Of a stretch of 11,045 nucleotides of DNA, positions 7,713 through 11,045 are shown piece after piece. The translations under genes were made by a program, and so were the position numbers. Positions within the stretch are counted from its first letter, which is position 1; the number at the start of each line of letters is the position of its first letter. A model generated the notes under the pieces. That model did no database searches. It was not told the DNA's origin and saw only the letters and a program-made list of their open reading frames with translations. This DNA is from Gemmatimonadota bacterium (GTDB taxonomy: Bacteria; Gemmatimonadota; Gemmatimonadetes; Gemmatimonadales; Gemmatimonadaceae), in NCBI GenBank assembly GCA_031372565.1, contig JANMLN010000082.1, positions 1-11,045 of the forward strand, in the 5' to 3' direction.

Positions 7713-9905
7713 ATGACGCTTCGTTTGTTCGCGCGCGCCTCCGTCATCCTGCTCTCGCCCGCCGTGCTGGTCGCGCAGGGGGCAACGCCGCGCCCCTTCG
7801 CGCCCAACGACTGGTACAAGGTCACGACCGTCGGCAACGCGGCGCTCTCGCCGGACGGCAAGCTGGTGGCCGTGACGGTCACCACGCCGGTCGAGAAGGA
7901 CAACAAGCGGCACAACGAGATCTGGGTCGTGCCGACGACCGGGGGAGCGCCCGCGCGCTGGACGTCGCCGGCGCTCGAATCCACCGCGCCACGCTTTTCG
8001 CCCGACGGCAAGTATCTGTTCTTCACGAGCCAGCGAGCGGGCGGCAAGGGTAGCACGTGGGCGCTCCGGCTCGATCAGCCGGGCGGCGAAGCCATGCAGC
8101 CCGACAACTACCCGACCCGTGGCAGCGCCCCGGCCAGCAAGGGCTTTCTGGTGTGGGCCGAGGCGCCGGATGACACGGCGGGGGCCACCAAACCGGATGC
8201 ACGCTTCGAGCGCATGCTGCCCATGGCACGGCCGCCGGTCAACGCGATCACGCGGCCGGTCGATCCCGCACGCTTCGACGGGCGCCATGTCACCGAGACG
8301 CGCTACAAGCAGAATGAGCAGGGCTTCATTCCCGGCCCGCGTGTGCCGCGTCGATGGAACCCGGCGCAGGTGTGGATGCAGAAGACCGATGGCTCGCCGA
8401 AGGTCAGGCTGACCAGCGCGCTCTACTCGCATCGCGAGGTGACGGTCTCGCCGGACGGCCAGTGGATTGCGTTCGTGGCTGACGCAAAGTTGCGCCCCGA
8501 CTCCGTGGTGCAGGCCGAACAGGATTCGCTCGGCAAGCTGCCGTACGACGCGAAGCGCGACGAGGCCCCGCGCAATGACGTGGACCTGTTCGTCGTGCCG
8601 GTGCGCGGCGGCGAACCCCGCAAGGTCGCGGCATTCACCGGGGCGGAGTCGCAGCTGGCGTGGTCGCCGGACTCGCGTCGCATCGCGTTCGTCGCGGCGC
8701 AGTCCCGCTGGGGCACCACGCGGCTGTGGGTCGTCGACGCGGCGGGGGGAACGCCGAGGAACGTGATCGGGAGCTTCCAATACGAGCCCGCGCGCATCGA
8801 CTGGCTCTCGAACGACGAGCTGTCCCTCTTCGCCGAGGTCGGCGGACGAAGCGGGCTCTTCCGTGTGGCGGCCACCGGTGCGTCGGCGCCACGCGAAGTC
8901 CTCGGCGGGCGACGTCGCATCATCGGACCTGCGTTTGATGACGCGCACGCGAAGGTCGCGTTCGTGGGCACGAGCATGAACCGGCCGACGGAGCTGTTCA
9001 TCGCCGACGCGGACGGCGCGAACGAACGACAGCTCACGCACTTCAACGATGCCGTGAACGCGGAGATCGCCTGGAGCGATGCCGAGCGCTTCACGTACAA
9101 GGGGGTCGGTAACCTCGAGATCGAAGCGTGGCTCATGAAGCCTCCGGGTTACGAGCCGAGCCGCAAGTACCCGCTCGTCCTCTACATCCACGGCGGTCCG
9201 CACTCGGCCTACGGCGAGAACTGGTTCGACGAGTTCCAGAGCCTCGCTGCCGCCGGCTTCATGGTGCTCTTCACCAACCCGCGTGGGTCGAGCGGGTACG
9301 GTGCCGCCTTCACCAACAGCATTCGTGGTCGCTGGTTCGCCGACGACTATCGGGACCTGATGCAGGCAGTCGACATCGTCGCCAAGCGCTCCGATGTCGA
9401 TTCCACGAAGATGGGCGTCACCGGTGGTTCGTACGGCGGCGTCATGACGGCGTGGATCACCTCGCACACCAATCGGTTCAAGGCCGCAGAGAACGACCGG
9501 ATGATCGCCAACTGGTGGTCATGGTATGGAACGTCCGACGCGCAGGGGCTCACCGAGGGCGAGTTCTACGGTCGCCCGTGGGACAATCCGGCGATGTACG
9601 ACTCGCTCTCCCCCATCCGCTACGCGCCCCGCGTCAAGACGCCGACGCTCATCGTGCAGAGCGAAGAGGACCACCGCACCCCCATGACGGACGCCGAGCA
9701 GTGGTTCGTGGCGCTCAAGAAGCATGGGACGCCGGTCGAGTTCGTGCGTTATCCCCGGTCCACGCACGAGCTGTCGCGGAGCGGGGAACCGTGGCTGCTG
9801 GTCGATCGGCTGGGTCGCCTGCGCCAGTGGTTCGGGTGGTGGCTCCAGGGCAAGGCGGCGGACGCTGGCCCCTCGCCCGACCGCTCCGCTGGTCGGTCCC
9901 CGTAA
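7713..9905 (+). CDS. Secreted S9-family (prolyl oligopeptidase clan, S9C/acylaminoacyl-peptidase-like) serine peptidase with beta-propeller domain
   Basis: ATG 7713 gives a signal peptide (MTLRLFARASVILLSPAVLVA-Q) and is preferred over the in-frame ATG at 7671. SPDG/SPDS PD40-type propeller repeats at 7848, 7998, 8448 and 8664. HGGPH, NPRGSSGYG, nucleophile GGSYGG (9423-9440), Asp in EEDHRTP (9669), His in STHELSRSG (9765). Stop TAA 9903-9905. Confidence 0.95.
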   Translation: MTLRLFARASVILLSPAVLVAQGATPRPFAPNDWYKVTTVGNAALSPDGKLVAVTVTTPVEKDNKRHNEIWVVPTTGGAPARWTSPALESTAPRFSPDGKYLFFTSQRAGGKGSTWALRLDQPGGEAMQPDNYPTRGSAPASKGFLVWAEAPDDTAGATKPDARFERMLPMARPPVNAITRPVDPARFDGRHVTETRYKQNEQGFIPGPRVPRRWNPAQVWMQKTDGSPKVRLTSALYSHREVTVSPDGQWIAFVADAKLRPDSVVQAEQDSLGKLPYDAKRDEAPRNDVDLFVVPVRGGEPRKVAAFTGAESQLAWSPDSRRIAFVAAQSRWGTTRLWVVDAAGGTPRNVIGSFQYEPARIDWLSNDELSLFAEVGGRSGLFRVAATGASAPREVLGGRRRIIGPAFDDAHAKVAFVGTSMNRPTELFIADADGANERQLTHFNDAVNAEIAWSDAERFTYKGVGNLEIEAWLMKPPGYEPSRKYPLVLYIHGGPHSAYGENWFDEFQSLAAAGFMVLFTNPRGSSGYGAAFTNSIRGRWFADDYRDLMQAVDIVAKRSDVDSTKMGVTGGSYGGVMTAWITSHTNRFKAAENDRMIANWWSWYGTSDAQGLTEGEFYGRPWDNPAMYDSLSPIRYAPRVKTPTLIVQSEEDHRTPMTDAEQWFVALKKHGTPVEFVRYPRSTHELSRSGEPWLLVDRLGRLRQWFGWWLQGKAADAGPSPDRSAGRSP

Positions 9906-9931
9906 CGGCCGCCGAAGCGGATCGGTGTGTC

Positions 9932-9965
9932 ACGGACCCGTCTGTCACGATCCAGACGGGTCCGT
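9932..9965. repeat. Perfect 13-bp inverted repeat (stem-loop) with an 8-nt loop; possible terminator, RNA-stability element or operator
   Basis: ACGGACCCGTCTG (9932-9944) - TCACGATC - CAGACGGGTCCGT (9953-9965); the arms are exact reverse complements. It starts 26 nt after the peptidase stop codon. There is no U-tract on either strand, so function is uncertain. Confidence 0.85.
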
Positions 9966-9981
9966 CGTAGGGAGGAGGGGG

Positions 9982-10032
9982 ATGCGAAAGCGCTGTCCGC
10001 GTCCGATACTCTACGCCGACCACCATGTCTGA
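9982..10032 (+). CDS. Putative 16-aa upstream/leader ORF (MRKRCPRPILYADHHV) overlapping the start of the downstream kinase
   Basis: Strong SD-like GGAGGAGG at 9971-9978 with ATG at 9982. Its TGA (10030-10032) overlaps the kinase start (ATGTCTGA). There is no homology evidence. Confidence 0.3.
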   Translation: MRKRCPRPILYADHHV

Positions 10033-11045
10033 CCTCCTCGATCCGACTCTCACCGGCGAAGCCGGATTCCGGCATCTCGCCGATGCTGCGCCGTTCCCGG
10101 TGTGGATGCTCGGGCCGACCGGACGGATCACGTGGGTCAACAAGCGGTACGCCGAGTTGGTCGGCCGCACCGCCGCGGAGGTCGTGCAGCTCGGCCTGCT
10201 CGCCGATGCGCATGCCGATGACCGCGAGTCGTTGGCGGCCGCGGTTGCCGACGGGGTGAGCACGCGCGCGCAGTTCACGGCCGAGTACCACCTCCGGCGA
10301 GTCGATGGCGAGCACCCCCTCATCCTCGCGACGGCCTCGCCGCGCTTCGATTCCTCCGGCGCCTTTCTGGGCTTTGTGGGGAGCTCGGCCGACGTCGCCG
10401 CCCGCGACGTGGCCGATCGGCAGCGCGAGGACGATGAACGGCTGGCAGCCGTGCAGCGGTTGGCCGGTGGTGTCGCGCACGAATTCAACAATTTGCTCAC
10501 GCAGATCAAGGTCGGCGCGGAACTGGTGCTCGCCGAGCTGGCACCCACGGCTCCCGGCCGCGGTGATGTCGAGTCGATCTCCATGGCGGCGGATCGGGCG
10601 TCGGTGCTGGCGCGTCAACTGCTCGCCTTCGGCCGACGGCAAATGCTCCGCGCGGAGCCGATCGACATTGAAGATGAGGTGCAGTCGAACGCAGAGTCGC
10701 TGCGCCAGCTCGCGGGGGCGTCGATCGCCATCTCGCTGCAGTTGGCCGGCGTCGACGGTGCGGTGCGAACCGATCCCGAACAGTTGGTGCACGTCCTGCG
10801 CGCCCTCGTGGCCAACGCGCGTGATGCGATGCCGACCGGCGGCGTTGTCACCATCTCGACGACGCCGATGACGGCGAGTGGAGGCGAAATCGGACCGAGT
10901 CCGAGTCTCCGCGCCGGACCATACGTGCGCCTCACCGTGGGCGACAACGGTCCGGGGAGGGATGAAGAGGCCAAGGCCCATGCATTCGAGCCGTTCTACA
11001 CGACGCGCGACCGGGACGTGCATCCCGGTCTCGGCCTGTCGACGG
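10025..11045 (+). CDS. Cytoplasmic PAS/PAC sensor histidine kinase (CckA-like HisKA-HATPase, possibly hybrid); 3'-partial
   Basis: Absent from the ORF track because it has no stop in the window; I translated it by hand in frame 2. PAS/PAC: MSDLLDPTLTGEAGFRHLADAAPFPVWMLGPTGRITWVNKRYAELVG...HADDRE...AEYHLRRVDGE...SPRFDSSGAFLGFVGSSADV. H-box LAGGVAHEFNNLL (His codon 10478), RQLLAFGRRQ, N-box LRALVANARDAMPTGG, G1 DNGPG, F-box AFEPFYTT, then GLGLST at the window edge. ATG 10025 is the first start codon after the in-frame TAG at 9968-9970. Confidence 0.93.
   Translation, partial: MSDLLDPTLTGEAGFRHLADAAPFPVWMLGPTGRITWVNKRYAELVGRTAAEVVQLGLLADAHADDRESLAAAVADGVSTRAQFTAEYHLRRVDGEHPLILATASPRFDSSGAFLGFVGSSADVAARDVADRQREDDERLAAVQRLAGGVAHEFNNLLTQIKVGAELVLAELAPTAPGRGDVESISMAADRASVLARQLLAFGRRQMLRAEPIDIEDEVQSNAESLRQLAGASIAISLQLAGVDGAVRTDPEQLVHVLRALVANARDAMPTGGVVTISTTPMTASGGEIGPSPSLRAGPYVRLTVGDNGPGRDEEAKAHAFEPFYTTRDRDVHPGLGLST

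Noticed and set aside
7848..8675. Recurring TCGCC(G/C)GAC(GGC) DNA motif as a repeat array or CRISPR
   Set aside because: Irregular spacing and in frame; it encodes the SPDG/SPDS beta-propeller (PD40-type) repeats of the peptidase.
7164..9467. 767-aa antisense ORF opposite the GT2 end and the peptidase
   Set aside because: Antisense shadow of real genes with no recognisable protein features.
9983..10009. TCCGATAC (10002-10009) as a sigma-28 -10 element (GCCGATAA)
   Set aside because: Partial match only, with no TAAA-like -35 element at the expected 15-nt spacing.
9715..11023. Minus-strand ORFs 9749-11023 (424 aa) and 9715-10584, and plus-strand ORFs 9927-10259 and 10305-10871
   Set aside because: The real gene is the + frame-2 PAS histidine kinase from 10025, which runs off the window; these are alternative-frame artefacts.

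Overview
High-GC bacterial DNA with five protein-coding genes, all on the + strand. The kinase N-terminal style, the A-Q signal peptide cleavage site and the SD-less starts suggest Gemmatimonadota, but this is inference only. In order: (1) a 5'-truncated multi-TM NtrY-like sensor histidine kinase (<1-2418); (2) overlapping it by ATGA, a soluble tandem pseudokinase-kinase Hanks-type Ser/Thr kinase (2415-4157); (3) a trifunctional GH18-like/CE4 deacetylase/GT2 polysaccharide synthase (4218-7646); (4) a secreted S9 (S9C-like) peptidase (7713-9905); (5) after a structured intergenic region (13-bp inverted repeat, TGTCACG direct repeat, SD-led 16-codon upstream ORF), a 3'-truncated PAS-HisKA-HATPase kinase with degenerate ATP-binding boxes (10025->11045) that the ORF track missed. 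I found no RNA genes, mobile elements or CRISPR arrays. The most notable candidate system is a His kinase coupled to a JAK-like pseudokinase-kinase, directly upstream of a single-chain aminopolysaccharide synthesise/deacetylate/trim enzyme.
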